Source of the DNA: Hamiltosporidium tvaerminnensis FI-OER-3-3
Lineage: Eukaryota > Fungi > Microsporidia
Direction: 5' to 3'
DNA: 64,000 bases
Assembly: GCA_022605425.2 (NCBI GenBank)
Contig: CM061249.1
Span: 992,001-1,056,000 of the forward strand
Made by a program: the position numbers and the translations under genes. Below are positions 40,800 to 54,099 of this stretch, piece by piece; position 1 is the first letter of the stretch; each line of letters begins with the position of its first letter. The notes beneath the pieces were generated by a model. The model ran no database searches. It had not been told where the DNA came from and saw only the letters and a program-made list of their open reading frames with translations.

Positions 40800-41380
40800 C
40801 CGTAAATAAAAATCACACTATATTTTCGATTTTTCGAGGAAATTCTTATAAGTGTAGAAAGTCTACAAAATTTAAAGAATTTTTTATAGGGAGGTTTGAA
40901 GTTTTTTTATGCCACTAAATGTAAAACAAAGAAACAACTTAAGGTAATTCTCATAGGAAACCATGATAAATAGCCTTACCGCCTTGATTTGAACACATGG
41001 TTTTGCGAGATTCAAAACTAATTCTGTTTAAAATTTCTAGAAATACAAGTAAGAGGTTATAGTTTTTAGCATGGCATTTCAACGTCTAGGTAAACCCTTG
41101 TAAGTCGCCGAGATATAACTAAACCGAAAGTCCCAACTTTTTAAAATAGATTACGTAGATGGGAATGCCGCTGGTCATTAAAGACCCGAATCGAGCTTCA
41201 ATTACATACAACGCTATAATGGGTTCAAAACCCCATTTAACTTTCGTCTTATTTCTGGCTGGCATATCCTCTAGCTAAAAATTTATTCCGAGGTATTGTG
41301 TATGATACGGATAACGTAAAGTCAAGAAATTATTTATATTAAACCTGGAAGTTTATTGATGTCATAAAAACAAAAAAGAC
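40800..41380. repeat. Repeat family B, highly diverged copy
   Basis: Colinear matches to the other copies: AAATCACACTATATTTTCG (~40810), GTCTAGGTAAACCC..AAGTCGCCGAGATATA (~41083-41117) and AAACCTGGAAG..TCATAAAAACAAA (~41341). Confidence 0.55.
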
Positions 41381-44116
41381 AAAATATTGATCCAAAAAAC
41401 CATATTATTTTTAGAATTTATATATTACATGATAATAGATCACAGATAAATTATATGCGCTGAAACAACAATGAATGAATAAATAGTGAATTTTGGTTAA
41501 GGAGACAAAAAAACCTAAGATGCACATTTAGTGAGAAACCGTGTTTAGTGATAAATTTTAGAATGAAATATCTCATAAAATTTCGGCTTGTTTGAATCAT
41601 TAATTGGAAAAGGTTAACAATGGAAATATAAGAATTTAAATCACATCAAGAAATATCTTATCAGTCCAATTTTACCTGATTTGAGAAAAAGATATTCATA
41701 AAAACAAGTTGTGTTTTTATTTAATGAATGTGATTTTGACGAAATGCGATTGCCAAGTTACAACAAATTGAGTTTGTGGGGCTAAATGTATAGTTATCAC
41801 GCCTGTAAGGCCTCGGAAAAGATATTTTGTCAATGTTACTCAATAAGACTAAGCTTGTTGGTTTATGGATGGTTGCTATGAATAAAAAATATGTGATGAT
41901 CTTCTGACCCAAAGTGAAATTTCAGATGTGATGGCTTTATATTGTGTCAATCTAGAGGTAAGTTTTCTGTATATTTGAATATTTTGTGTAACTAAGCCTG
42001 ATTTTATTTTATAAATTATTTTAATTTGTGCAGTTGATGGGGACTAATTTTTCTTCGAAAAAACTTCGAAGTAAAATATATTTGAAATAATCATGAATAT
42101 TTTGGCTAAAAATTTTTTTTTACTTTACTTGCATTTTGCAAGGATAATTACTATATTTTGTTTTGCGTCTTGAGAATTACTCTTATATTTGGAATAATTT
42201 ATGTTATAGCTGCATTTTTAGTTCGAAAAAAAACATTCTGCATGTAAAATAGGCAGAACTCTTTGGTCTGGAATCGAAAATAAGTTTTTTTCAGCTTAAT
42301 GCTATTGAATTCACATGATAAATGAAATATGCTCTATCAATAATGGTAGATAATATAATTTCACCTAAATGTTAACATTCGCTTAAATTCTTTGTGTTAC
42401 TCAGCAACGAATGAAACTAGCAAATTTTAGAATCTCTTGAAGAGCTTTTAGAAGGAAGACTATTCTGGGATATTAAATTCGAAAAATATTCATACTTTAC
42501 AAATAATTATAGTTATAAAGTACTAGATTTCTTTTGAATAGTCGTACTGTATGAGATGCTCCGTAATTTGCAATATAAAACCATGGAGACGTACCGATAT
42601 GTTATTTCGCTAACGATGCCGATGCATTGGCAGTTTCGCGTGCTGATATTAAACTTTAATAATCAGAAAACTAACATGTAAATTAAATATCATTCCAAGC
42701 CATATTTTCAGCTGTTTCTTATGGACGTTTTGAAAATTTATTATAGTTTAACACATGAATGGTGCCAAAAATAAACTCATTTAGTCAAAAATCATAAACA
42801 TAAAGTATACTCCATGTTTTATTGTTGCATAACCAGGTATTACAAAAGAGTATATATTTTAGACGGTGGTTTATTAATTCCAATTTTTCGACTTCGAGGT
42901 TCTTATTTTATGGTTCGAATGCTTGAAAGCATGATCTGAGACTCCGAAATTAACGTTTTATCGGTGTTTTATATACAGATGAAGCAATGTATTAAACTAA
43001 AATTTTGTGAAAACAAGGTGATTTTATTTTCAATTTGTGGTTTTTCATCAATTTGGGCAATATTTGCAACGGATTTTGATATAAATAAAAATTGTAATAA
43101 AAAAATCTTTAATAAAATTGAAAGGTGTGATAAAGCCCATCATATTTTATAATGATGATGTTCTATTTGTATTTAACCTGTGGAATTAAGCGTATTATTT
43201 AAAAAAAATTACTGCTGAAATTTAAAGCGTATAATTAGAAATTAAAATTTTGATTTCATACTTCTCTCTTATTTACAATATTTTCCTGCTTTCTATGAAA
43301 TGTAATATAAAATGGTTTTTTAAGTTACAAAATTTAATTTTGTATAATTAAAAAGTATATGCTCGAATTTTCTATCGTAATGTTGTTATATTCCAATGCA
43401 TGTGCTTTATGGGATTCTTAATCCATGAATTATAATGCTTTGGATATAAACATATTTTAGATATTTTTATAATTTCTAGGAAGACAGAATATTTGATGTG
43501 TCAATTAGCTTAAACGAATCGCTTGTTGCCTTTTTATACCTAAATTTTAATCTCGAAAGACTTTATTACACATTTTTAGCTATAAATATGCAAAAAAATA
43601 ATTTTTGGCTTTTATTATAAATATGTTTTCAATTTAATTATAGAGATCAATGATGCCCGAAATATAAAAATACCTCTTATCGATGACAATAAGAAAGAAG
43701 TGCTGTATTGTGTATTTTATTTAATGAATACAATCAAAACAGAGAATATAAAACAGGAAGCTGATTAAAATTTTTCAGTATTTATAAAAAATTGAATAAA
43801 ATTCGTTTTTCGTTAAATCACTATCAAGTCTTTTAAAAAAAATTGATGTAAATCCACACAAAAAACAGATGAACTTTCAATTGTAAGTATCGGCATTAAA
43901 GATGTAAAGGAAATAAATATTTAACACAAATAAACGAAATTTCACCAATTAATTTTTAAAGCCAAATATGAAAAAAATTTAAGCAAATTATAAAATTTTA
44001 ATCATTTTAAAACATGTTTTTATAAACGAATTTAAATTTTGTATTCGAAAAAAAGTTTCTAAAATATAAAAAAAAAGATTTTATATATTTTTTTTACCAG
44101 TTTTAACTCCCTATAA

Positions 44117-44776
44117 ATGTACCTGAATATAAAAAACAATAATTTACTCCTCTGTATCTCAGATCTACCATCTAACTTTCCAGATACACTTTTAGAAGAA
44201 ATTTTAAAATTATTTGGAAAATATCAACATTATAAAAGACCAGCTGATGTAAATGGTTCCTCGTGTAATTTCTGTTTCGTTTTATATTTCAATATTGATT
44301 CAGTTATTAAATGTATAAAAATAATAGAAACTGTTGATATTGGTGGTTTAAAATTAAAAGCTCATCATGATGATTTAAATAATATTTTAAATATAATTTC
44401 AAATATTTCTTCAAACAATACAATACTTGATGAAAATACAAATATTTATAGAAAAGCAGCTGATATAGATACACAAGATTTAAAAAGAATTAATAAAAGA
44501 ATTTCTGAAATATTTTCAGTTTATTTTCGAATTATCAAACGCGACAAAACAATTAGAAATTTCATCGAAGAAAACTGTATTAAGAATGAAAAGTCTTCAT
44601 CAATAAAACAATCTAATTTTGTAAATCTAGAAAATGAATGGTTAAAAGAAGAACAAGAAATTAGAAACAAATGTATTTGGACAATACAAAATCAACCAAC
44701 AAAAAAAATTAAGGAAATCGAAGAAGAAAATTACAATTATTATCTCACTTACGATGATGATAATACAGATAACTAA
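44117..44776 (+). CDS. RRM-domain protein, RBM25/Snu71-like (U1 snRNP-associated), lacking the PWI domain
   Basis: N-terminal RRM with YKRPADVNGSSCNFCFVLY and IETVDIGGLKL resembling the RBM25 RRM, and a YDDD motif at the C-terminus. CCC motif precedes the ATG. Confidence 0.7.
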   Translation: MYLNIKNNNLLLCISDLPSNFPDTLLEEILKLFGKYQHYKRPADVNGSSCNFCFVLYFNIDSVIKCIKIIETVDIGGLKLKAHHDDLNNILNIISNISSNNTILDENTNIYRKAADIDTQDLKRINKRISEIFSVYFRIIKRDKTIRNFIEENCIKNEKSSSIKQSNFVNLENEWLKEEQEIRNKCIWTIQNQPTKKIKEIEEENYNYYLTYDDDNTDN

Positions 44777-45229
44777 TTCTATAAAAATACAATTCGTTGG
44801 AAGTTAGGACACAAAGTTATTAGAGTGATTTAAGTAATTTAATTTATTTAAATAAATTATTTCACTAAATTACTTTTGAAGTTTAAATTTGAGCAAAAAT
44901 TTAAAAAAATAAATATTTAGAAGAAATAAAACTTTCAAATCTATAACTCTATTTTATCATCAGAATTTGTATCAAATTAAAATTTAAATGTTTAATTTAA
45001 CATCAATTTTTATTTTATTTTTCTAAATTATAATCTGATATCCTTAAAGAAAATAAAAAACATAATTTTTTAAAAACAATTTATTATTTGTCATTTCCCT
45101 AAAATCTTTATAAATTATGTCACATCAGTGCCATGAAATACTCATAAAAGTAAAAAAATCTTTTGAATTTAAATTGGTAATTTACTAATAAATTGGTTTG
45201 TCTTTGTTCTGAGAAATATAAAAAATATT

Positions 45230-46204
45230 TTATGTAAAAGAGGAAGGAACTAGAAATCCTTCAATCTCAGAAACAGCCACCAAACCATCCGATTCGATAA
45301 AATCACCAACACAAACCTTTGCAACACCTTTCTTATCATTTATTACACCGTCATCAGTTACTAGTAAAAAATAATCTTTTTTAATTTCAATACGAGTCCC
45401 TTCTCTGAAAAATACCCGCTTGGAGCCATTTACAACCTTTAAAAATGTTTTTTTATCTTTAAATTTTAATTCTTTCATTTCACCCAATCGTTTTTCTAAA
45501 AAATCTCTTTTTTTCATTTCATCTACAATTTTAAGTGCCATGTAACATCCTTGAGTTATAAACCAAACCTTAGAAATACGCACAGATCTTACAGTTGCAG
45601 TTCTTGGTACGTTATATAATAAAGCTACTTCGCCAAATACTGCACCATTACATACTTTTCCTACCACCTCTCCATCCTTATAAATATCGAATTCCCCATC
45701 CTCGACAAAATACATTTTATCACCTTCATCATCTTGATTTATCAAATTTACATTATTTTCAACTGTCAACGGTGCCATACACCACACAAATTTTCTTCTT
45801 TGTTTTGGATTCAAAAATTGAAATAATAAAGATTTTTCTAAAATATTATACAACATAGCAAATGTTTGACTGTCCTTATCATAAAATTGTATATCATTTT
45901 CATTTATATTGGCTCTTTTCCCACTCACACTCTTTCGCCTTAATTTTACAATATTTGGCTCCAATTTTATATTTGCAGCTTTCCTATAATAATTTATCTC
46001 CTCGTTTTCTTTATAATCTTCCATATTATCATTCTTAGATAAAACCTTTTCTACACAAGAAATAAGAATATCTTCATTATATGACATTCCCTTTGCTGCT
46101 ATATTATACAGAAATAGTATTTCGCGTGCTACTTTAAAAGGATCGGATACATTCTTTTCTAATAAAATCTTTTTTATCGTTGAAAGTGTACGCTCTTCGT
46201 CCAT
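45230..46204 (-). CDS. BCY1: cAMP-dependent protein kinase regulatory subunit
   Basis: Inhibitor site RRKSV and a CNB-A domain with GDKMYFVEDGEFD and the phosphate-binding cassette FGEVALLYNVPRTATV. The second CNB domain is degenerate. Confidence 0.92.
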   Translation of the reverse strand: MDEERTLSTIKKILLEKNVSDPFKVAREILFLYNIAAKGMSYNEDILISCVEKVLSKNDNMEDYKENEEINYYRKAANIKLEPNIVKLRRKSVSGKRANINENDIQFYDKDSQTFAMLYNILEKSLLFQFLNPKQRRKFVWCMAPLTVENNVNLINQDDEGDKMYFVEDGEFDIYKDGEVVGKVCNGAVFGEVALLYNVPRTATVRSVRISKVWFITQGCYMALKIVDEMKKRDFLEKRLGEMKELKFKDKKTFLKVVNGSKRVFFREGTRIEIKKDYFLLVTDDGVINDKKGVAKVCVGDFIESDGLVAVSEIEGFLVPSSFT

Positions 46205-46847
46205 CAGGCTTTTAATTAAAAGGGGATTTTTTTAAATAAATTTTTTTAATTTTTTAAAAAATAACGGTTTTTTTTTATAATTTATCATTTCTGAAATAAA
46301 TGACATTTTTCTTTTTTTCGTTGTTTTTATTACATTGGTTTATAATTTTATATAATTTTCTTTTAATTCTTGTTTCTTATTGCTTTTTCTTATTCTTTTC
46401 TTTACGATGATTTCTCATTTCTTTTCCTTAAGATAATTTCTAATTTAAATGTATTTTTTACTTGAATAACGCTCTTTCCTCAAAAAATAATTTGTTTTTT
46501 AAATAATTTCTTTATCATATTAAAGATAAGAAAATAATATATTTTTTTAAAAAGAAGAAAGCTCCTAAGAAATACTATGCCATATTTAAAATTAATTTAT
46601 ATGAATCGTGACAATGACTATAAAAAAAGGTTATATCTAGTTATATCTGGAAAGTCTGATTAATGGAGTATAAATAATAAATTGTTTTTTTGGTTCCTTT
46701 CTGCTAAATTATTTGATAAAAATTACTGTATCTCATTTACTGAACAAAGAAATATTTAATGAATTGTATTTTGCTTATATATAAAACCTAGCAATAAAAT
46801 ATTTAATTCATATTTTAATTTAATTTTATTTAATTTTATTTAAATTA

Positions 46848-47540
46848 AGGTGGAGGAGGATAACCATATAAAAAACATCTGCTGGGCAATGAGTATGTAA
46901 AACAGGTATGAAAATCGTTGTTTAAATTTTTAGTAGGAAAAAACTACACGTAATTTTTGGTTGTTCCATTGGAGTCTATATTAGGAGGTCTATGACATAG
47001 CGAAACTTTTTCAACAAATATATTTTGTAGTTGCTATGTAACTAAATTGCAGACCGCAACTGAACTTGAGGGTAATTGCCATGTATAAGTATGGAAACCT
47101 GGCCTTTATCTATCGGGTTAGAAGACTTAGCGCCCAGGAGATATTAAAAAATTAACCATTTAAAGCCGGGAAAGCTCAGTGGCAGGTTATATCTGTTGTT
47201 ATGATATTGCACTGTCTAGATGGACCCCATGGAAGCCGCCGAAATATATTTTCGCTAAAAGTTTTGGTTCAGCTGGTTTCGAGTTGATGGTGATACACTT
47301 AGCCTTGTGAAAGTCCAGGGTAGGCTTCGGCCTTCGATTATACTTCATGCAACGGACATTAACGAACTCCGGTCAACTGCCTCGCCTATTAATAAGTTTC
47401 TGCACACCTGTTTGACGAAAGGCTTTGGGACATGGGTATCGCAGGAAGTCTGATGGAGTGTTGAGATGGCAGTAATTTATGTTAAACCTAGAACTGCCTT
47501 AATATCATGGAAACAAATATAACACTTGCCACTGTTTGAA
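46848..47540. repeat. Repeat family B copy (full length)
   Basis: Same ends as 17519-18205 and the same left end as 63725. The left flank is a (TTTAATTTTA)n run at 46801-46847. Confidence 0.85.
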
Positions 47541-50500
47541 AAAGATGTGATGCTTTTAAATAAATAAAATACTTATTAGCTCATTTAGCAGACATCTAGT
47601 CTATAATAAAAAGATCTTGGCGGGCCAGATGCAGAAGATCTCTGAAAAGTTGCCAAAGACCAGATAAGATGTACCACGGGTGCTAGTTTGTTGATAACGC
47701 TTAAAAATCTACTAAAACCGGGTTGTGTCAAATTAAACACAGAATTCAGAAATTTTGATCATTTCATTAGTATTTTACCAAAACTCAAAAAATACAATGT
47801 AGTGCTCGCTTTCTAATATTTCACTCGAAATCTCTTTTTTTCTGATTTTATAGCTTACATTCCTTGAGTTTTTAGATAATGCACGTATTCTTAGTTGAAA
47901 TCAATATTCCAAAATAGAGTAAAGAGCATAACTAAATTTATAACCCGTGTAAAGACTGCCCGCACATTATCATGATTACTACGTTTTTCATTTTTGAAAT
48001 TTACAAAGCAAAAACTGAAAACTGCAAAGAAAAGGCTCGAAAAAAATATTTATAATTTTATTTGATCAAGTTCACACTCAGGTGTCCAGGTTAATTATAG
48101 AAATCAACCATTAAAATTTTATGAATAATGAAATTTCTTAATGCATGACATCAGGTGATCTATAACACTAAGAAAATAACTAGAACATAGTGGATATACA
48201 ATACAAAGAATATTTAAAAAATAGAGGATAATGAAAAAATGTAAAGGAAATGCCGGAGTCTTCTTTGACATGGTTATTATTTTAGACTCTGGCAAATATT
48301 GTAAAAAATGATTTCTACGATTAAAATTGGTTTTAAAAAAATTTTGAAAGTGTGAATTTATTAGAAATTCTTTTTACTAATAATAACTTAGGCTGAGCCT
48401 CAAAATATCTATATAAGAATTATAAATTTTTTATATAGATGACATAATTGGAAATAAATCTAATTAGAAATGTTTTTAAAAACTTTAAATTTAAAAATCG
48501 ACTTGATATAGGTCATATTATTTTCAGTAGATATAAATTTGAATTTATAATGTTAAATATATGTGAGATGGTTTGGAAAATATTCAAATTATAAACTCTC
48601 GGTGTCATATGTTTATTTAAATCTCTAAAAAGATTTAATAGATTTATTATACCATCATCTCATTTTTGAGAATTATTTTCGATTTTGTTTTAGATTAAAT
48701 AAAATAACTAACTTCTCTGATATTCAAGTTCTTATTTATAACTTTATAAAATAATGGAGAGCAGAAGAATTTTATTTGAATAATTAACTGAGATAAAAAT
48801 AATTTCGATTTGATAATCATGGTATTCAATGCTTTATTATCGCATTCTTAATTTACAATAAGATATAATATATTATGGCTTTTACAAAATTAAAACTTGT
48901 CGAAAATATTTATTTCTTTATATATAGAATTTAATTTGCAGTGACATATGTCTATAACGATTTTAAAGTTTATTACGGCATAAAAGTTAAGTATGAATCA
49001 AACAAAATTTAAAATAAAATTGTAAATTTATAAATTTAAACAAAATTTAAGTAAAGATCTCGTAAAAAATGATTTATTAAAGTTATTAATAATGTGAGTC
49101 ATAGGTTTATTAATACAATAAATAGTATTATTTGCTAAATTTTTCAATATTAATAATGATTTAGAACATCCACATAGTTTTTATGGAATACAACTTATCA
49201 TATTCATATAAAATTATTGTTTAATATCAATTGGTTTGGACTATATTGTGATTTTTGATGTATGTTTATCAGTCATCGGTAGTTCTCTTCCATATGAATA
49301 TATTCTCAATGCCTAAATATCATGCCAGTCCAATCATTTTCTTTTTTCTCGTACATTTATGGTTGATTTATTAATTTCAGAGGTTTTATTTGTTCTAAAA
49401 TTTATTTTGAGGATCTATAAAGCTAATAGTTATTAAATTTTAATCTTTAAATAGGTTTCTGAAGTTTTACATTTATTATATTATGAAATTAAACTTATAA
49501 AGATTATTTTTGCCTAGTTTGTTCTTTTGTATTCCATTTTGATGATTTCTTATAATTCAATAATATGTATGGTTCTTTCCTTATTTTTTATAGTTAAATA
49601 TATCTACGATGTAACACTTTTTTTAGAATTCTTTTTGAGCTTTAAATATATTTTATTTCAAATAGAAAATCAAATTTTATCTATCCATATTCCTGACTAA
49701 ATTCCTTGATATATGTGTTGTTTTTAATTTTAAATTTTCGGATTCTGTAAGTTATCAATTTTTATTTTGTTTTTAACTTATTATTTCTCTTGGGTTGCTT
49801 CTAATTTTCTTTTAATTTCAATAAAATATTCTGTAATTTAAAACAAAGTTTTCAATTTAAAATTTTTCTTTCTTTAAACCTTCTTTTGAGGGAGGGGGGT
49901 ATTTCTTGTTTCGACAGTTTCATTTCTGTTTCTTTTTTTTTCTTTATTTTCGATATATCATAAGTAGTTATTCAAACTCGATAATATCTTTTTTTTCTGT
50001 ATTTTCGCATATTATGCTCTAAATTATATTTTTCTTGGTTTTACGATTCTAATATACTTTTTATGCTTTTTCAAAAAGTCTTCGGTTCTTAAGATCATTT
50101 TTTGATCTTAGCTTTACAACCCTATCAATCCGCTTTCATTCTGAATGACATTTGTGTAACAGAATTCTAGTGTTCCACACCACCTCCACATAATTCTCTT
50201 TCAACTTGCATTTCAGTATTATCTTCGAAGTTCCATAGCAATGAACCCCCCTCCCCAATCGTATCTTTAATTTGTTCTTATGGTATCCTGCCTATAGATG
50301 CTTTAATGCATTCGTAAAATACACTTCGATTTTTATAGCTTACTATTTCTGGTAAGATATTGCTTCTGAATTATTCATAATTTCTGGGTTTTTTCGCTCT
50401 ATAAATACTTTTTTTTCGAACAAATTTGTTTCCTGATTAGGAAAATTTATATTTTCAGAATATTCTATGATATTCTTACATTCGTTTATGGAAGAAAAAT

Positions 50501-52352
50501 CTCAAAAATTTTATAGCTTTGATTAAATTTGTTATGAATTGCATTGTTCTAGATCAAATCCACCTTTTGCCCATTAAAAGTAGTAGCAATTTTGGAAATA
50601 GAACTAGTTCTAGATAAAGCTTAATATTATAATTTATAGTAATCATTACTTCTCGAAACTAAATTTTATAATAAGAAATTTCATATTTGATATTGTATTT
50701 GCTTTATATAAAATTTGTATACTACTCAAATGCAAGATCTAAATAAAAGAGTTAAACTTTTCGATCAAAAATAATATATATAAACAATTTAAAAGTATTT
50801 TAAATAGTTTTTTTAAGAGATTTTGGAGAATTTCCGTCTGTTTAATTAAATTATATTTTTGGTGTTATTTTTTATTTATTAGAAATTCGTATAGTGTGTG
50901 CTTCAATTCCTCATAATTTAATAACGTATTGGTGAATATAGTTGAACAAAAATACTTTAAAATTTAAGTTTATTTGATGTAGTTTTTTTTGCTTATTTCA
51001 ATATGAAATTATCTTTTTTTGCAAATGTAATTTAGATTCTGGTAAGCAAAAATGTTAACGTATTATGATTAAATAAAGCTTTCACTTATAAAATTATTTT
51101 CTGATTCAAGATTAAAGTTTCAAATTGAATAATTGTAAGGTTTTTAAGCAAAAAACAAAGTAAATAATTTTTTGTAAGTATTTAAAAATTTTGCTTCAAA
51201 TTCTAATTTGCCAAAAAAACTTTAAAATTATTTGCTTTGCATTGTAACTTTTTTAAAGTTTATATTCTACCAATATAGATACATTTATAGTCAGAGTAGG
51301 TTTTGAAGCAAACAAATTTAAATACGATCTATGATTGAACTTGGTACTTATAAAACTTTAAATAATTTAGAATAAAATCGTCTTCAGATTCATTGATTTA
51401 AACGATTTCAATCTATAACCAGATAGTATTATAATTTTAACAATAAAAGCCCAAAACAAAAAAAACTTCAGAAAAAGGATTAATTGATATTTAATCCTGG
51501 AAACTTAATTTTTGATTTTGTTTGGAAAATAATATATTTTACTGGAGAAATCTATATAATAGTTAGTGTCGCTCAATTTTTTTTAGAAATAACTGACAAA
51601 GAAGTATGAACATTGTTTAAAGTGTATTTTATGATGCTTTCTATTAGATCGGCCTGTACTGGAATGTGTATGTACCTTTACAAATTTTAGTTTTTTTATA
51701 GATATATTTAATCCTGAGAAATCTTTCAAAATTAGTAAATATAGGCCTCCAAAATATTCGAAAAAATCGAGCGATCAACTTAGTTTTTGGTTGGGTAAAA
51801 TCAAATTCGAGATCTTGAAATCGCTAATGTTAAAGGATTAATGCGTTTATAAGTTACAAAATCAAAGGTTAACATCTATGTATGTCTGGTTTAGGTACTT
51901 ACAAAAATTTTGAGAAATTCATGTAAAATTAAGAATTGTGTTCGACCAATTTATTTTTGCCAATCAAATTTTGATATATAATAAAATTTTAGACCAGCTA
52001 TCCCCGTTAAAATGTATGGCTTTTGGCCTGAAATAAGTCATATTGTGTAATCCAAGTCAAAAATCATGAAAAATGTTTTGATAACAATAAATAAAAGGTT
52101 TTTCATTATAAAAACATCGCTTTTATCTCCAAAAAACGCTCGAATATATTAACACGATTTTGCAAACAAGAGTATAAAGTAATTTTTTCTGTGCTAAAAC
52201 TTAAGAAATAATAATCGTCTCGCTAAGAAAATTATTCAACGATTCTGCTATTTACTGCTAATCCGCACTTATTTTTTTTATAAATGTAAGTTTTTTATAA
52301 TTTATCAATATACCAGTTTAAATAACAATTCAGAGAATATATCTGAACCATT

Positions 52353-52537
52353 TTCATCATCTTCGGAACTACAGCTCGGCACGGGCCTTGGCTTCCCTAA
52401 GTAATGCCGCTAACCAGTCTCGTTCCAGTGAGTTCGTTTACTTTTTTGGGTTTCGTAACAAGGTGGTTTTAAATGGTGGAACATTAACCCTATGCTTAAT
52501 CCCAACTAGAAGACCAGTTCCTTTTAGTCGCCTCTTG
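52353..52537 (-). mobile_element. Repeat family A copy 3 (5'-truncated within the structured motif)
   Basis: The minus strand reads AAGAGGCGACTAAAAGGAACTGGTC...GAAGCCAAGGCCCGTGCCGAGCTGTAGTTCCGAAGATGATGAA. Confidence 0.78.
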
Positions 52538-52764
52538 GTAAGATATTAATATAAAATTTTTAAAAAAAATTAAGATTAAATCTAATTGCAACCATTTTAG
52601 GATTTTTAGGCAGCCCTTATTGAATATGAAAATCACTCCTCTATATTTAAATATCTGTTGTTTTGAGATGAAGTAAGGCACATATCGGGAAAAAATATAA
52701 TTTAGTAAAAAATGGAATATAGAAGTACATAAGAAATTAAGGAGTGTATTGAAACTACCAGCTC

Positions 52765-52975
52765 AGAGTATTCCCGTTCTATCGTAAGAAGCGACTAAAA
52801 GGGACTGGTCCTCAAGGTTAGGAGTTTGGCGTTAGGATAAAAACCCATCCTTTAAAATCATCTTGTCACGAAATCAAAAACAGCAAACGAACCCACTGAA
52901 AAGAGACTGGTAGAGGGTATTACCGAGGGAGGCCAGGACTCATACAGGGCAGTGGTGCTTAAAATGAATGAATAC
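52765..52975 (+). mobile_element. Repeat family A copy 4
   Basis: GAGTATTCCCGTTCTATCGTAAGAAGCGACTAAAAGGGACTGGTCC...GAGGCCAGGACTCATACAGGGCAGTGGTGCTTAAAATGAATGAAT. Confidence 0.78.
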
Positions 52976-53828
52976 GAAATAACAGGGAATATAGACGCGG
53001 GTGCATTTTTGACCCGGAAATATATCAAACCATCATTAGATTGGAACTAAATAGAACACGAGATGAAGTTGAACAAATATTATACTTCTTTTTAACAATT
53101 TATAACTAAAATTTTCGTAGTGTTGATAAAAGTATTTCTGGCTATAAAATTTCCTGAAAATCTGATGTGTGCTATGAAATACCATTTTTTTCATGTGATT
53201 CTGTTCTTTATACTACATTTAAAAGTGCAATTACAAATTTCTAAATCTGTAGTAATTTTTTAGTAGGAGGTCTATAAAGTAACAAAATAATATACTTACA
53301 AACCTTATTAATCCTATATTTTCTTGAAATGAAATTCTATTTATACGAATACTAAATATTATAATCTCACGACTCGGTTATCAAAAATTAAGCTTATTAA
53401 GCATGAATCATTTTTATACCTTCTTTAAGTTATCTTATCTTATTTCGACTTTAAGTAAAGACATATTGAGTTTGAAAATTCTCAAGCCAGTAACCAAACA
53501 TATTGTGTGGATACAACATATCTGTTGTCGATAATTACTATCTTTTACTTTTCTTAAAACTTGTCTCCTAGGATACCTTCAAATTATTGATTGCAAACTA
53601 TTGAAATTTAAGATAAATATCTGATCTTTACATAAAAATTTCTTAACTCTTCGATTTAAACAAAGAAGTTGTATTAATTCATATTCCTTCATTATGATAT
53701 AATTTCTAAACCAGCCATTCTAAGATAATCAGTCTTTTATTTACAGTTTTTATTCATAATTTTCCTAGGTTTTGTTTTTTCTACAGAAATTCTTTATATT
53801 TCGGTTTAATCTAAAGATAATTAAGAAG

Positions 53829-53937
53829 AAACCCAAACTTATAATTAAAACCCAAACTTATAATTAAAACCCAAACTTATAATCAAAAAACAAACTTATA
53901 ATCAAAAAACAAACTTATAATCAAAGAAACAAACTTA
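53829..53937 (+). repeat. 19-bp minisatellite (AAACCCAAACTTATAATTA), ~6 units
   Basis: Directly visible; units drift from AAACCC to AAAAAC along the array. Confidence 0.92.
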
Positions 53938-54099
53938 GAGAGGTCTTGTCACTGTTCCGTTTTTTTTAAAGCTACGCTTAAATTTACAATACCATACCAA
54001 GTTATCATATAAAGATTTATTTCTATATTACCATTATAACTAAGAATTAACTTAATAATTAAAGGTTGTATTCACTAAGTAAATTATAATTTGCATAGA

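Noticed and set aside
47450-47514. Hammerhead ribozyme (CTGATGGAG..stem..GAAAC) in family B
   Set aside because: The core is not CUGANGA, it is not conserved in copy 1 (CCGATGTAG), and stems I and III could not be formed.
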